A stretch of DNA of 64,000 nt, taken from the NCBI GenBank assembly GCA_964016885.1, contig OZ024742.1, positions 10,168,001 through 10,232,000 of the forward strand, in the 5' to 3' direction. The DNA is from Eledone cirrhosa. Its lineage: Eukaryota. This document shows, piece after piece, positions 35,893 through 49,239 of the stretch. The notes beneath the pieces are model-generated. The model made no database searches. It saw only the letters and a program-made list of their open reading frames with translations, and had not been told where the DNA came from. Position numbers and translations under genes: made by a program. Each line of letters opens with the position of its first letter. The first letter of the stretch is position 1.

Positions 35893-38628
35893 TTCTTTTT
35901 ATTTGCCACCAAAGGAATTGGAAGAGTGCGCGCTCTATTTTGGCGAGCGTTTCCCTTGGGCAAGGCACAACGGTCAGGCGGTAGCAGATGACGGACGTTA
36001 TATAAGTGTTCCCCACCTCCACCCGACCTTTCAGGGACAGTTTGCACTCGGCCCACTTCTAAGTCAGTGCAAAGATCCTGTCGTTACCTCACCTTAGTTC
36101 TTCCCCACCTGGAGGTCTGGTCCGAACCAGACCCCGAGCAACTTCACCGGGCCCTCCGTCCAGCGCCCGACGACGGCATCGGAGGGCATCGATCTGCCCC
36201 TCCACGTGCCGAGTTGCAGACCGATCGACTTGTCCTGGTTCAGCTTAGCCCCTGTAAACCTTTCGTACTCCTCCAGTAAGGTGCCGATCGTCCCGATTTC
36301 CGAGGCCGTCGAAACCATTACTGTTACGTCATCGGCTTAGGCCGACACCGCTTTCCGCAATCCCGGTTCCAACGGGATGCCCTGCAGCAACTCCAACTTC
36401 CGCAGCAGTGGCTCTAGAGTCATTACATACAGAAGGAAGGAGAGAGGGCACCCTTGTCGGATGGACCGCGCGATTTCGAACGGCTCCGAGAGGTAGCCGT
36501 TCACCTTGACCCTAGAGCAGATGCGGCTGCTGTGCATGGCAGTGATCCAGCCCCTGAAAACGGGTCCAAGGCCTGCCGCCGCTAGCACCGCATCCAGGTA
36601 ACTATGGTCGACCCTATCTAACGCCTTAGATTGATCCAAGTTGATCAGGGCCCCACCACAGCCAGGTTCGTTCCCAACCCTCTCTATGATGTATCGCATG
36701 AGGTGGAGGTTGTCGTGAATGGACCTGGATGGGATAGCAAATGTCTGCGCATCTCCCACCAGGTTGCTCACGACAAGCGCCAACCTCTTTGCTAGCACCT
36801 TGGCCAAAATCTGCAACTCTGTATTTAGCAGAGTTATGGGCCTGAAATTATTTATATCGTCCCCCTTGTTCTCGTCCTTCCTCACTAGCGTGACTACGCC
36901 CTTGGTCACAGCACAGGGAATTCTCCCGTTCTGTTGCCAGTTGCAGTAGGCCGCCTCGAGGAGATCGGGGAACAAGTCCGGCATAGCTAGATATAGTTCG
37001 TATGGAAGACCATCGAGACCCGGAGATTTGCGTTTGCCGCATTGGCTCAGCACGTCCTCTATCACAGTGGCTGAAATCGGCTCCTCGCAGGACTTCGCCT
37101 CCCTGTCCGAGAGACGCGGCAGGCCGTCGAGGTATGGACCGAAGTCCACTTCCCCAACCGGTTCCCCGCCACTTCCGAACAATCTGGCAAAGTGCTTTTG
37201 AAAAGCCTCGCACATCTGCTTAGGTTCAAGGATCACCCGTCCATGCTGGTCTCGCAAAGACCGGATAGTGGATCTACTCCCTCTTTTGGCTTCTGTCACG
37301 CGGGCCCAGCTAACAGCTTTGGTCCCCTCGTTTCCCAGAGCACGTATTTTGCTTCGGACGATGCAGCCTTCGTGTTTCGCGTCGAAGAACTGTCCCAAGG
37401 CCGTTCTCGACGTTAGCACTCTGGCTACGTCGCCGCTTCTAATTGCCTCTTCTACACTATCTACCAACTCCCTTTCTATTTGAGGCTAACTCCCTACTAA
37501 ATTCTATAGAGACTACTCTAATCTCTCTTTTGAGAGATCCCCACCACCTGCTGTTGACGATGGCGCCCGTCAACCGCTCCTTAACTAAAGTGTTAATCCG
37601 GTCCCTCTAGGCCTTACTTGCCGGTAAGGACAAGTTGAGCTTCCAGTAACCGGGTCCCTGTCTATGCATTCTGTCAAGGTTGACTATGCTTGTGGTCTGA
37701 ATAGCCAACCATGAGCATTTTTGGACAACTTAAAAAGTCCTTATCCTTATTTCTAACTAAGAACCTATGTAGGTACGACCTAGATGATCCGCTGCGATTT
37801 GCCCAAGTCCAGGTTGGCGCAGTCGGAAAATCTAGTCGATATCTATCGGCCAGGTCAGATCGACCGATTAACCCTTTGAGGCTGTTACACCCCTCTCTAT
37901 CGGGACCATCCCCTACGTAGTCCCAACGTGCATCTAGGATACCATTCCCCACTAATAGCAAGGAGCGGGACGTCCCTAGAAAAGCCTCCAGACGATGGAA
38001 GAAGTCCGGCCGCGTTGACCCGAAAGGGTCGTAGACGGCTACCAGCCTAAACGCTCCGCCTTCACCACTGCCAAGGTCCAGAACCACTAGTCGACCCTCC
38101 GGGTCCAAATGTACCGTCTGTGTTGCGAGACCCAGATGTTTTTGCAGCAGAACGACAACCCCACCCCCACCTCCGGGCTGACAGAGAGATGCGTGCATCT
38201 CAAAGTCATCAAGGGTGGGGGCCCGCTATCGCACGTTGCTGATCCGGGCCTCGCAAATAAACATCACATCTATACGTTGTGACCAGAGGTCATTTAGAAG
38301 CATTGCTTGCTTCCAAGTTGAGCCCAGGCCACGCGCATTTAGACAGCCTACTCTTAGCATAGCCATGTTGGTGGTGAAGAGAAAAGGCACTTACCTCTCT
38401 GCGTCCCGGGTATCGGGCTGCACAATTTCCATGAGAGTGGGGGTGGGTTGTTGGGTGGGGTGGTGGTTTGTGGAAGTGTAGGGGCATCAGTGTGTTGTGT
38501 GGTTGGGGTGTTTGGAGTTGTGTGGGTGTTTGGGGAGGGGGTCGGCAAGTTTTTTAGGAGGACGCGGTTAATGGGCCCGACGCAGAGGGGGGGGGGGGGC
38601 GCACGTCCTCTTTAAAGTTGTTTTTTAT
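35890..38628 (-). mobile_element. Tx1-clade LINE copy 6 (end of ORF1 plus most of ORF2; about 1.2 kb deleted just inside the 3' end)
   Basis: ORFs 36337-37467 and 37674-38198 parallel copy 4; the terminal 20 bp (ATTTCTTTTTATTTGCCACC) join directly to mid-ORF2 (AAAGGAATTGG). Confidence 0.9.
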
Positions 38629-38644
38629 TAGATAGATAGATAGA

Positions 38645-39473
38645 TATGTTTCTTTTATTTGCCACTAGGGCATCAAAAGTGGGACAAGTACAAAGGGGGG
38701 GGGGGGAGTTTACACAAAAAGGCGTCCTCAATAAGGAGGAGGCAATAACAAAATATAAAAATAAAATAAGATATAACAAAAAATAAAATGTTTAACAAAA
38801 TCCTCAATAGAGAGGAGGCGCCTTGGGGGGTCGCACACACCCCCGAAAAAAGTGTGCAACCCTTCTCCTCAGGAGCACAGAGAAGGGGTTCTCCCTTGGT
38901 CTTTCATCTTCCTCACCTATAGTCTGATGTAGAGTGAAGGCCCATTCACACGGGCCATTCTCGCCACTTTCACCCATCTTTCATAGAAACGGCTGGGGTG
39001 CAGCACCTCTCTCTCCATCCTGATCCTTCTTCCGAAATGATATCGGAAGAAACGGACCAGTTGTTGGCCAGAGAGAAAGGTGCCTGACCTCAGTCCTTTC
39101 AGACGCGTCCACCATACAACCTCTTTCGCCATGGCTATTACGCACAGAAACACCGCCTCTGCTTCATCTTTGAAGGGGGGAGGCGGCTTGATCATTACAA
39201 TAGACTCGGTGGTCAACCGGATCGGTCCCACCCTTGACAGCAGTTGTTCGACATAGCCCCACAGATCGGCTACGCCCGAGCAGTGTACCAATGCGTGTGC
39301 AACGGTTTCCTCGTCGCACACGCATCTGGGACAGATCTTTTTGGCGGGGTCCCTACCCGGGCGCCCGTGTCTGTAGAGCCTTTCTCGAACGGGTAAAGCC
39401 CCTCGGTAGCACTGCCAGGCCAGGGACTTCTGGAAGTTGTCCATAGGTCCCGGGCTGAATGTCCTACCGAACA
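38645..39473 (-). mobile_element. Tx1-clade LINE copy 7 (5'-truncated)
   Basis: Nearly identical to copies 3 and 4 over the ORF2 C-terminus; GATA runs on both sides. Confidence 0.92.
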
Positions 39474-39502
39474 TTAGATAGATAGATAGATAGATAGATA
39501 GA

Positions 39503-39718
39503 TATATTTCTTTATTTGCCACAAGGGAGCACAAGAAAAGGGGACAATACAAGGACACATGCCACGGATTTTACATACAGTCGGGTAAAAAAATGTTAAC
39601 ATACAAATTCAACAATCGAAATCCCCAACAGGCGGGAGGCGTTACAAATACTCCGTAGATAGAACAACCCTCAACTCCAGGAGCGTGTTGTGCAAGTGCT
39701 TCTTTCTTCCTTTTGTGG
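39503..39718 (-). mobile_element. Tx1-clade LINE copy 8 (3' UTR only, related to copy 2)
   Basis: Same terminal motif TTTCTTTATTTGCCACAAGGG; GATAGAACAACCCTCAAC.CCAGGA shared with copy 2 (about 23420-23450); followed by GACA/GATA and (GA)n. Confidence 0.75.
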
Positions 39719-39799
39719 ACAGACAGACAGATAAATATAGACAAACAGACATACAGATAGACAGACAGATAGATAGATAAATAGATAGATAGATAGATT

Positions 39800-39875
<76 letters not shown>

Positions 39876-40212
39876 AACAGAAAGACAGACAGACACTCAG
39901 ACAGATATATCGGAGTTGCACAAATTTGATACGTGACTTGACTTGAGACTGTGTGTTGTAACAAACATCATAGAAATAACATTTTATTATTTAAAAACAT
40001 GAACATCCAAGTATATTTCGTTTTAGTTCTGAATAAATAACTGCAGTAAATAAACATGAAAGATTTTCGTCACACTTCTGCGACCTGGTCATAGACTTAC
40101 CTTTGTATTCTCTCAGTGGACATTTTCAGGTATGTCACGAAGTGTTTTGACTTTTAATAACAGAGTGAAAGGAGGTAGAATTGGTATATTTGGATAGATT
40201 GTACTGTGGTAT

Positions 40213-40350
40213 AGAAGAAGAAGAAGAAGAAGAAGAAGAAGAAGAAGAAGAAGAAGAAGAAGAAGAAGAAGAAGAAGAAGAAGAAGAAGAAGAAGAAGAA
40301 GAAGAAGAAGAAGAAGAAGAAGAAGAAGAAGAAGAAGAAGAAGAAGAAGA
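40213..40350. repeat. (GAA)n microsatellite
   Basis: Pure run of about 46 units. Confidence 0.98.
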
Positions 40351-40638
40351 ATGTTATAATAAGCCTGAAGAGTGTGTAATATTGGTGAGTTACTTTCTAG
40401 AGACAAGAAAGAAATAGTGAGAAGGAATATAAAATAAATTATAAGATGTTATAAGTGGTTCTTTTATTTATATATCACTACAAAGGTACTGACATGGTGT
40501 AATGGTGTGCTGTGGTTTGGTCAGGTGTCTGGTTATATATACATACTGAATATATATACAGAATATATATACACATATATATATATATACAAAGTAGATA
40601 TATATCATATACAAAATATATACACAAACAAAGTATAT

Positions 40639-40898
<260 letters not shown>

Positions 40899-40971
40899 GG
40901 TTTTGAATGCTTAAAGCGTCCGTGTGCGGTAGGCCGTATGAGCACTCGATGCTCTCATAGAGCAGAGTACG

Positions 40972-41250
40972 ATATCACAGAAAAAAAGAGAATCAGTGTT
41001 GCGACGAATGGAATTTATTGGACACATTACAATCGTTTTTCTGGCGACCAGCTCGACGCACGATCGATGTGATAATCGAACCTGACTCTGAAAATGGCAA
41101 GGTCCTCAGATACGTCTTGATTCTACGAAAAATCTGTTAGGAAAATCTGGTTCGTAGAATCTAGACGTATCTGAGGACCTTGCGATTTTAAGAGTCAGGT
41201 TCGATCATCACATCGATCGCGCCTCAACACTGATTCCCTTTTTTTCTGTG

Positions 41251-41254
<4 letters not shown>
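40972..41254. mobile_element. Fold-back element containing a decayed hammerhead (41021-41116, minus strand)
   Basis: Arms ATATCACAGAAAAAAAGAGAATCAGTGTTG / CAACACTGATTCCCTTTTTTTCTGTGATAT plus inner arms around 41130-41150; minus strand GACGTAT-CTGAGGA...GAAAAACGATTG-TA-ATGTGTC-CAATAAA. Confidence 0.7.
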
Positions 41255-41305
<51 letters not shown>

Positions 41306-41313
<8 letters not shown>

Positions 41314-41983
41314 ATACTTTGGGAGGGTCATGTTGCCAATAAGAAACACACGCACCAGTTGCTTTCACTTCAATTTATTATAAATTAAATTTATAAATTT
41401 AGGAATTTATAAAATTCCGGTTGGTTGGTTGGTTCCACAAATCATAGAGGCAATAAACATAAATGAACTCCAACCAAAATTAAATAGAAAGCATGAAGGG
41501 AATAACAACATCACAACTTACAATTAAGGACAAAATGAAAACACACACACACACATAGAACAAACAACCAACCAGTAACATGTAAATAAACAAATAAATA
41601 AACAAATATAAACACACACAGACATCCGGATGTAACACATGCGCAAACTAAGCACACAACACACACAAAAACAAGATGGCGTAGGACAGAACAAAGGAGA
41701 GGCACAAAAACAAAGAAGATGATCCCCTTGTCACTGAAGAGGTCACAGAATGTGTGACGAAAGAATTTTGACAATATACGAACAATCGTCTGGTTGTGGA
41801 ACCAACCAACCAACCGGAAATTTATGAATTCCTAAATTTATAAATTTAATTTATAATAAATTGAAGTGAAAACTGACTGGTACGTGTGTTTCTTATTGGC
41901 AACATGACCCTCCCAAAGTATAACAATATCGTTTTCAACACACGTTTTCAGATAAAGAATCTTGCTAAACAAATTCAGAAACG

Positions 41984-41985
<2 letters not shown>
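41306..41985 (+). mobile_element. Non-coding Penelope-like terminus with about 135-bp inverted repeats and a hammerhead motif, inside (TA)n
   Basis: 41306-41440 is the reverse complement of 41794-41929; TTGTCA-CTGAAGA-GGTCACAGAATGTGTGAC-GAAA-GAAT-TT-TGACAA at 41728-41774. Confidence 0.75.
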
Positions 41986-42062
<77 letters not shown>

Positions 42063-42260
42063 AAATATATATATATATACAATATATATATAGTATATAT
42101 ATATGTATATATACAAAATATGTATATATATATACACACAATATATATATGTATATATACAAAATATATATATATATATGCAATATATACGTGTATGTGT
42201 CTGTGTGTTTGTGTGTGCGTGTGTGTATACAATATATATATATATTATATATATATATAT

Positions 42261-42346
<86 letters not shown>

Positions 42347-42779
42347 TATATAATATATATTACAAAGCTGACGGCCGTATGTATGTAGCAAACCTTTTCG
42401 CCAAACGGCTGGACCAGACAGCACCATAGATGTAACTTTTTCCAAGTAAGAAAGTGAGGGTATTTTTGTCTTCTAAGTTTCGTTAAATGATATTTTATCG
42501 TTTATTTAAATATTCACTTCTTTAAAATTTTCAAGTCTCAACACTTCCGGTTATACGACATTCCCCTCTCTTTCTTAGTATGTCTTTTTAGATAGATACA
42601 TAGCTATAACGTCGCGCCATTATAATATGTCTCTGTATGTCTGGCTGTCTGCATTAGATACATAGCTATAACGTCGCACGCTTATAATATCTGTCTGTTA
42701 TCACGAACCAAAGTATCTTTCTGTTTTCTTCGTTTCGAAGTTGATGTCATCCTCAATGCCGTAAGTCGGTGTTTAATTT

Positions 42780-45120
42780 CGACGACTCTATTTGGATTAA
42801 AAAATTCCAATAGTACCCCATTCGACGTGAGTATGGGCGCCAGCGATTCTGCGGAGGCTACTGATCTTATCGGCCTTTTCCTTCTTTTCTCTATCAAGGA
42901 CGAATTCCCCAACGTGGGCGGTGGTTTGTACCGTGACGATGGTCTTTTGACCATGACTAAGTGCGGCCCTCGTGCTTGCGACAGGTTCAGAAAAGAACTC
43001 ACAGCCTTCTTTAAAGGCTTCAACCTCTCTATACAGGTTGAGGCAAACCTCTCGGTCGTTAATTACCTCGACGTTACCCCTCAATTTATCGAATGGCTTT
43101 TATTACCCGGTATAGAAAGCCGAATGATACGCTTAATTACATAAGTAAGCATTCCAACCATCCTGCCAGCAGAACCAAGTACCTGGTAAGAAACCGTTTC
43201 GTTGAGGCTTTCCCGTCTATCTACTAACGAGCATATTTTCAACGACCATTCCACATATTACAATGAGGCTCTTGCTCGGAGTGGATTTGACGATAAGGTA
43301 GCATATACAGAGTACGAGAATAGACCTAGAAGAAATAGATCCCGACGCATTATATGGTATAACCCACCATATAATATGGAGGTGGCCACACCATTAGCTA
43401 AGATCTTTCTATCCCTTATTACGAAGCATTTTCCCCCTACACATAAATATAGTAAAATTTTTAATAGAAATACTATTAAAAATTTCTTACTCTACGACTC
43501 CTAACCTTGCACATAACATCACAGCTTCAAAAATTTAGCTAAAACTACCTAGCCGTAGGAACACGTGCAACCCTGTAGTTAGTACTAACTGTAATTGTAG
43601 GAATCGGTTGATTGCCCCCTATCCGGGAAAATGCCTCTCTAGTAATATTGTCTACAAATGTAAGGTTGAAACACCCACGTCCCGTAGGGCCTACATAGGT
43701 TAACCGCCAATAGATTCAAGCAGCGTCTTTACATGCATATCCATTCTTTCGTTACCCTCTAAGAAGGAATATGACGTCACTTTCAGCTTATATCTGTAGT
43801 CTAAAAGACAACTACACCCAATATAAGTTACACTGGGAGATCCTAGCTAGGGCTAGATCGTATAACGGAAATAAAAGACCATGTGACCTCTGCGCACGCT
43901 GAGGCCCTGGAAATACTCTACGCCACAGACCACATCTTAACAAAAAATCTGAGGCAATTTCGGCTTGTAAACATAATTGCACAAAACTTTCCTGTATTAC
44001 AGCCCCACATTATACCCTAACGGATAGTACGAACTATACGCGGATATTTTACGTCTTGATGTGGTAGCTAAGTATATGTTATGTTTAAACCATTACTTAT
44101 TTGTATAGGTAAGTATATATTACCTGTATGTTTTGTGAAGGTACGTATACTTTCTCGTACGTATATTTGATTGTATATGTTATGGCGTATATTTTTATAT
44201 ATTCTGGTACATATGCTTTTGTTATGTGTATACGTGAGTTTTGCGTCTGTGTGAGTATGCGGGTTCGTACGTATGTAGGGTGTGTGTATATGTGTACTTC
44301 GTGTTTCGGTTGACGTGGTCTCCGAACATTTGTCTATTTACATGTAGGTATGTGTGTGCGCTTGTTATATACGTATTTATTTATTTATATACGTTTATTT
44401 AATTATTTGTATACACGCGCACACACACACACACACACACACACATATTTATATGTGCCTGTATTGGTATACCTATGCGAGTGTTTTCGCGTATGCTTGT
44501 GTATGTACGTATTTGGATGCATGTATGTATTTATTTAATTTCAATTACCTCTGTATTTTATTTACTTTATTCTTAACTCTGAAGCGGAGAATCATTCGGT
44601 TTCCTAGATAGAATTTTAGTCTATGACTTCAGTTATACCGTTTTACGTGGTTTGTGTCTTTGCGTGCAATTGTTCTCCACGATCCACATATGACGTATTA
44701 TCTTCGTTTTTTCCGTTCATTGCCAGAGAACGTCTCTATGAACCACCTAAGAGAATATTAGTCTACGACTTACTTCTTTTATACCATAAACGTGGTTCTG
44801 TCTTTGCGTGTAATTGTTTTTCACTGCTCCAAATAATGACGTTTTATATTCGTTTTTTCCCGTTCTTTGCCAGGGAAGGTTTCCACGAACTAAAGTATCG
44901 TCTTCCTCCGGTTGCAACGTTTTTTGAAATATCCACTTCTGCGTTTACAGATTGACTTTGTTAGTTTCAGAAGATCCCGTTAAGGGTGAAAGCAGCGATT
45001 CTTTGCTTAAACTTTAATCTGTTATTTTAATAAATATTTGCTCTACGGTTCTTATATATTTGATATATATTTATCCTTATCGAGCCCTCTTTGGATTTTA
45101 GTCTTCAAATTTATTATTAT

Positions 45121-45122
<2 letters not shown>
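42780..45122 (+). mobile_element. Penelope-like retroelement 4 (Naiad-like), many frameshifts
   Basis: FDVSMGASDSAEATDLIGLFLL...GGGLYRDDGLL...VNYLDVT; IIWYNPPYN; IFNRNTIK; CNCRNR; GIY-YIG remnants to about 44000; long 3' region ending in (TA)n. Confidence 0.88.
44963..45013 (+). ncRNA. Type I hammerhead motif with one core substitution, 3' end of element 4
   Basis: AGTTT-CAGAAGA-TCCCGTTAAGGGT-GAAA-GCAGCGATTCTTTGC-TT-AAACT, with AATAAA about 15 bp downstream. Confidence 0.65.
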
Positions 45123-45173
<51 letters not shown>

Positions 45174-45544
45174 ACATATATGCATATATATATGTATATG
45201 TATATGTATATATATATACATAATTACACACACACATATATAAGAGCATATTCGTTTATGTGTGTATATAGCTAATTTTAGATGTAATTACACACACACA
45301 CATACACACACTCTTACATGCTCAAGCACACACACACATATATAAGTGTGTGTGTGTGTGAGCATGTAAGAGTGTGTGTATTTTCATATATACAAAAAAG
45401 ATCGCGAAAAAAGAGAGAGAGTGTATATAGCTATATATATGTATATATGTCGGCAAGTATGTATACAGGTGTGCGTACATATGTGTGTGAGTATGTTTGT
45501 GCGAGTGTGAGTGTATTTCTTTATAACGTCTTACACACTCGTAG

Positions 45545-45598
<54 letters not shown>

Positions 45599-45617
45599 TA
45601 AAATAATTTATTATTAT

Positions 45618-45694
<77 letters not shown>

Positions 45695-45695
45695 A

Positions 45696-45764
<69 letters not shown>

Positions 45765-45769
45765 TATAG

Positions 45770-45859
<90 letters not shown>

Positions 45860-46429
45860 ATATATGTGTATGTATATATATATATATACATATATATAAG
45901 TATATATACATACATACAAATATATATATATAGTTGTATATCTATGTTTCTGTATTGGTGTCGCTACCTATTCGTTTGTAAGTATCATTTTAGTTTTAAT
46001 AAGCATGTTACATTTCTATTTGAAAACCTCAAATTATAGTTGATTGTGTTCCTCGGAGCCAGGAGGAGGCAACTTCTAGAGAGATCTGGCAATTTTAGAG
46101 GTGGAAATATTATTTTAGCTTTTTCCAATTAGTTATCTAGATATAAGTCTACACACTTCATTTCATGTGGAATTGCACATGGATACAAACACACACCACG
46201 CATACACCACATACACACAAACACACACACACTCACACACGCACACACACATATACACACTCATATATATATATAACTAGCGTGCAGAGACAATGGTGTT
46301 ACGTATTAAGATAAAATATACAACTGGACACATACACAGGCATGTGTGTGAGTGTATACAATAAAACATAATATAATATATATACATACATACACATACA
46401 CACACACACAAACATTTATATATACATAT

Positions 46430-46497
<68 letters not shown>

Positions 46498-46504
46498 ATA
46501 TATA

Positions 46505-46588
<84 letters not shown>

Positions 46589-47422
46589 CGTTCACACATT
46601 TTACTAATTCAATAGTTTAATGAATATATATTTGTTAAGATATCAATCGCAAAGTACATTTAAAAACATGAAACATTTTGTTAGAAGAAAATAGAAAAAA
46701 ATAATATTGAAGGGAAAGAGAAGGAAACTATAAAATTTGATGAAGAAATATATATTGGGTTATGATGATAGTAACGACAGCTTCTGGTGGAGGAGGGGGG
46801 GGGGGGGAGAAGAAGAAGAAGAAGAAGAAGAATTACAAAAAGTAAAAGAAAAAGAAGGAAAACAAAAAGAAAAAGAAAAGAAGAAAAGGAAGTAAAAGAA
46901 AAAGAATTACAAAATGTAAAAGTAAATGAAGATCAAAAATTGAAAGAAAAAAGACGAAAAAGACGAACAGCAAGAAGACGAAAAGCAGAAAAAGACAAAG
47001 AGAAAAACGATTTCCTAGCTAAATCGTTTAAGATCGATATCGATATGTTCTAGAACAATCATGTGATATTTTAAAATTTGAATTAATTCACCGGACATTG
47101 ACTTAAGACGTTTGGTTTCGGGTTCCAAACATGTCATTTCACATTGGCAGAGACACTTTAAACTGGTCCTTCATGGAGACAAATATACAGTGGTGGTCAT
47201 AATTGGAACCCGAATTGACTAATGGCCACACATATATGTTCAGTGTATGAAACATTGTTCATACTAAATAAGCTCTCTTGCAATAGAGTGAGCATTTTTC
47301 TTTGATCTTTCATCTACCGATTCCAACACACACACATATATATATGAAACTAATAAGACTTGTTCTACCTGTTTGTTGTCTCCTTTAACTATATATATAT
47401 ATATATACGTGTCTATTATAAT

Positions 47423-47639
47423 GGTTTCTTATATAGGCACAAGGCCAGTAATTTTGGGGGAGGGAAAAGTCGATTTAATCGATCCAGTGCGTGACTGGTA
47501 CTTTATTTTATCGAACCCGTAAAGATGAAAGGCAAAGTTAATCTCGGCGGGATTTGAACTCAGATTGGAAAGGACCGCAACTCTATGCTGTAAAGCATGG
47601 CGTCCGACCCTCTACCGATGCTGCCAATCCACCGCCCTT
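47423..47639 (-). mobile_element. Full-length tRNA-derived SINE (family A) with 19-bp TSD
   Basis: Minus strand GGGCGGTGGATTGGCAGCATCGG ... GAGTTCAAATCCCGCC ... GGCCTTGTGCC; TATACGTGTCTATTATAAT at 47404-47422 and 47640-47658. Confidence 0.92.
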
Positions 47640-48399
47640 TATACGTGTCTATTATAATAAAACATATAGAAGGTAAAGTTAGCTTTTAAATCATGTTGCT
47701 CTGTGTTTATGTCTGCCTAGCCAACCATTCCCGCCACGCAAAAAAACCCCTCATCTACAGACCAACATAATATATAAACACATTGAACTAATCTTGAAAC
47801 TACGTGACAATTATATACCATCATATATAATTCTCTACATATATTTCAGCTTTGTGTATATAGTTTTCCTTTAAGTGTATTATTATATATACATTTAGGA
47901 AAAGAGAGCGAGAGTGGGGAGGTTAAAGGCAGGTGTTTAAGAGATGATGTGGTAGAAAGTGAATCAACAGTAAGAAACTAATAGAGAGATAGGATGTAAA
48001 GGTGAACAGAGTCCAGTTAATGAAATTAGGTTTTTCCAGGTAAAAAAAAAATAAATACCGCTCCACAACATCAACAACAAGCAGAACAACAACATAAACA
48101 AGCACAACAACAACAACAAGCAGAACAACAACATAAATCACGTTTTTTTCCACAACAACGATTCACTTTGGCATCAGGCTCATGTCTCGGATAAGACACC
48201 AGACCAAGATACAATAATGGAAGCAACACAGCAATGACAATGTCTGGGATTAAAAAATGTAAAATATATTAGATTGTGGAGTGTAAGAGGTAGAGGGGGG
48301 AGATGGTGGGGGTAAGGAGTAGTGTGGGGGAGACGTGGTGTAGGGGAGTCGTGATGGGGGAGACGTGGTGAGGTCGAGGGGGGAACGGAGGTACAAGAC

Positions 48400-49135
48400 A
48401 ATGGTGTGGTGTGGAGGTGGTGTGGTGTAGTGTGGAGGTGGGGTGGTGGTGGTGTGGAGGTGGTGTGGAGGTAGTGTGGTGTGGTGTGGAGGTGGTGTGG
48501 AGGTGGTGTGGAGGTGGTGTGGCGGTGGTGTGGTGTGGTGTTGTGGTGTGCTGTGGTGTGGAAGTGGAGGTGGAGGTGGTGTGGTGTGGTGGTGTGGAGG
48601 TGGTGTGGAGGTGGTGTGGAGGTGGTGTGGTGTGCTCTGGTGTGCTCTGGTCGTGTGGTCGTGTGGTGGTGTAGTGTGGTGTGGTGAGGTGTGGTGTGGA
48701 GGTGGTGTGGTGTGGTGTGGAGGTGGTGTGGAGGTGGTGTGGTGTGGTGGTGTGGAGGTGGTGTGGTGTGGTGTGGTGTGGTGTGGAGGTGGTGTGGTGT
48801 GGAGGTGGTGTGGAGGTGGTGTGGTGTGGTGGTGTGGAGGTGGTGTGGTGTGGTGTGGTGTGGAGGTGGTGTGGTGTGGTGTGGAGGTGGTGTGGAGGTG
48901 GTGTGGTGTGGTGTGGTGGTGTGGAGGTGGTGTGGTGTGGTGTGGTGGTGTGGTGTGGTGTGGTGTGGAGGTGGATGTGGAGGTGGTGTGGTGGTGTGGT
49001 GGTGTGGAGATGGTGTGGTGGTGTGGAGGTGTGGAGGTGTGGAGGTGTGGAGGAGGTGTGGAGGTGGTGTGGAGGTGATGTGGTGTGGTGTGGTGTGGTG
49101 TGGTGTGGTGGTGTGGTGGTGTGGTGTGGAGGTGT
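48400..49135. repeat. Compound (GGTGT)n/(GGA)(GGT) simple repeat
   Basis: Direct inspection. Confidence 0.92.
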
Positions 49136-49239
49136 TGAGAGGAGATGTAAAACAAAGTCAATATTAAATTATCTATTAGAAGCGTAAATTTTTTATGTTG
49201 TGAGTAATTTGTTTGGTAAATGGAGGTTGTGTCTAGACT

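Noticed and set aside
40113-40417. Poly-Glu and poly-Leu ORFs (also poly-Val/Leu/Pro at 55470-56003)
   Set aside because: Trinucleotide microsatellites.
47423-47639. tRNA gene suggested by A and B boxes
   Set aside because: No cloverleaf; multiple dispersed copies with TSDs identify it as a SINE.
48250-49187. His/Pro/Thr-rich 303-aa ORF and Trp/Cys/Gly-rich ORFs
   Set aside because: Translations of (GGTGT)n simple repeat, open in several frames.
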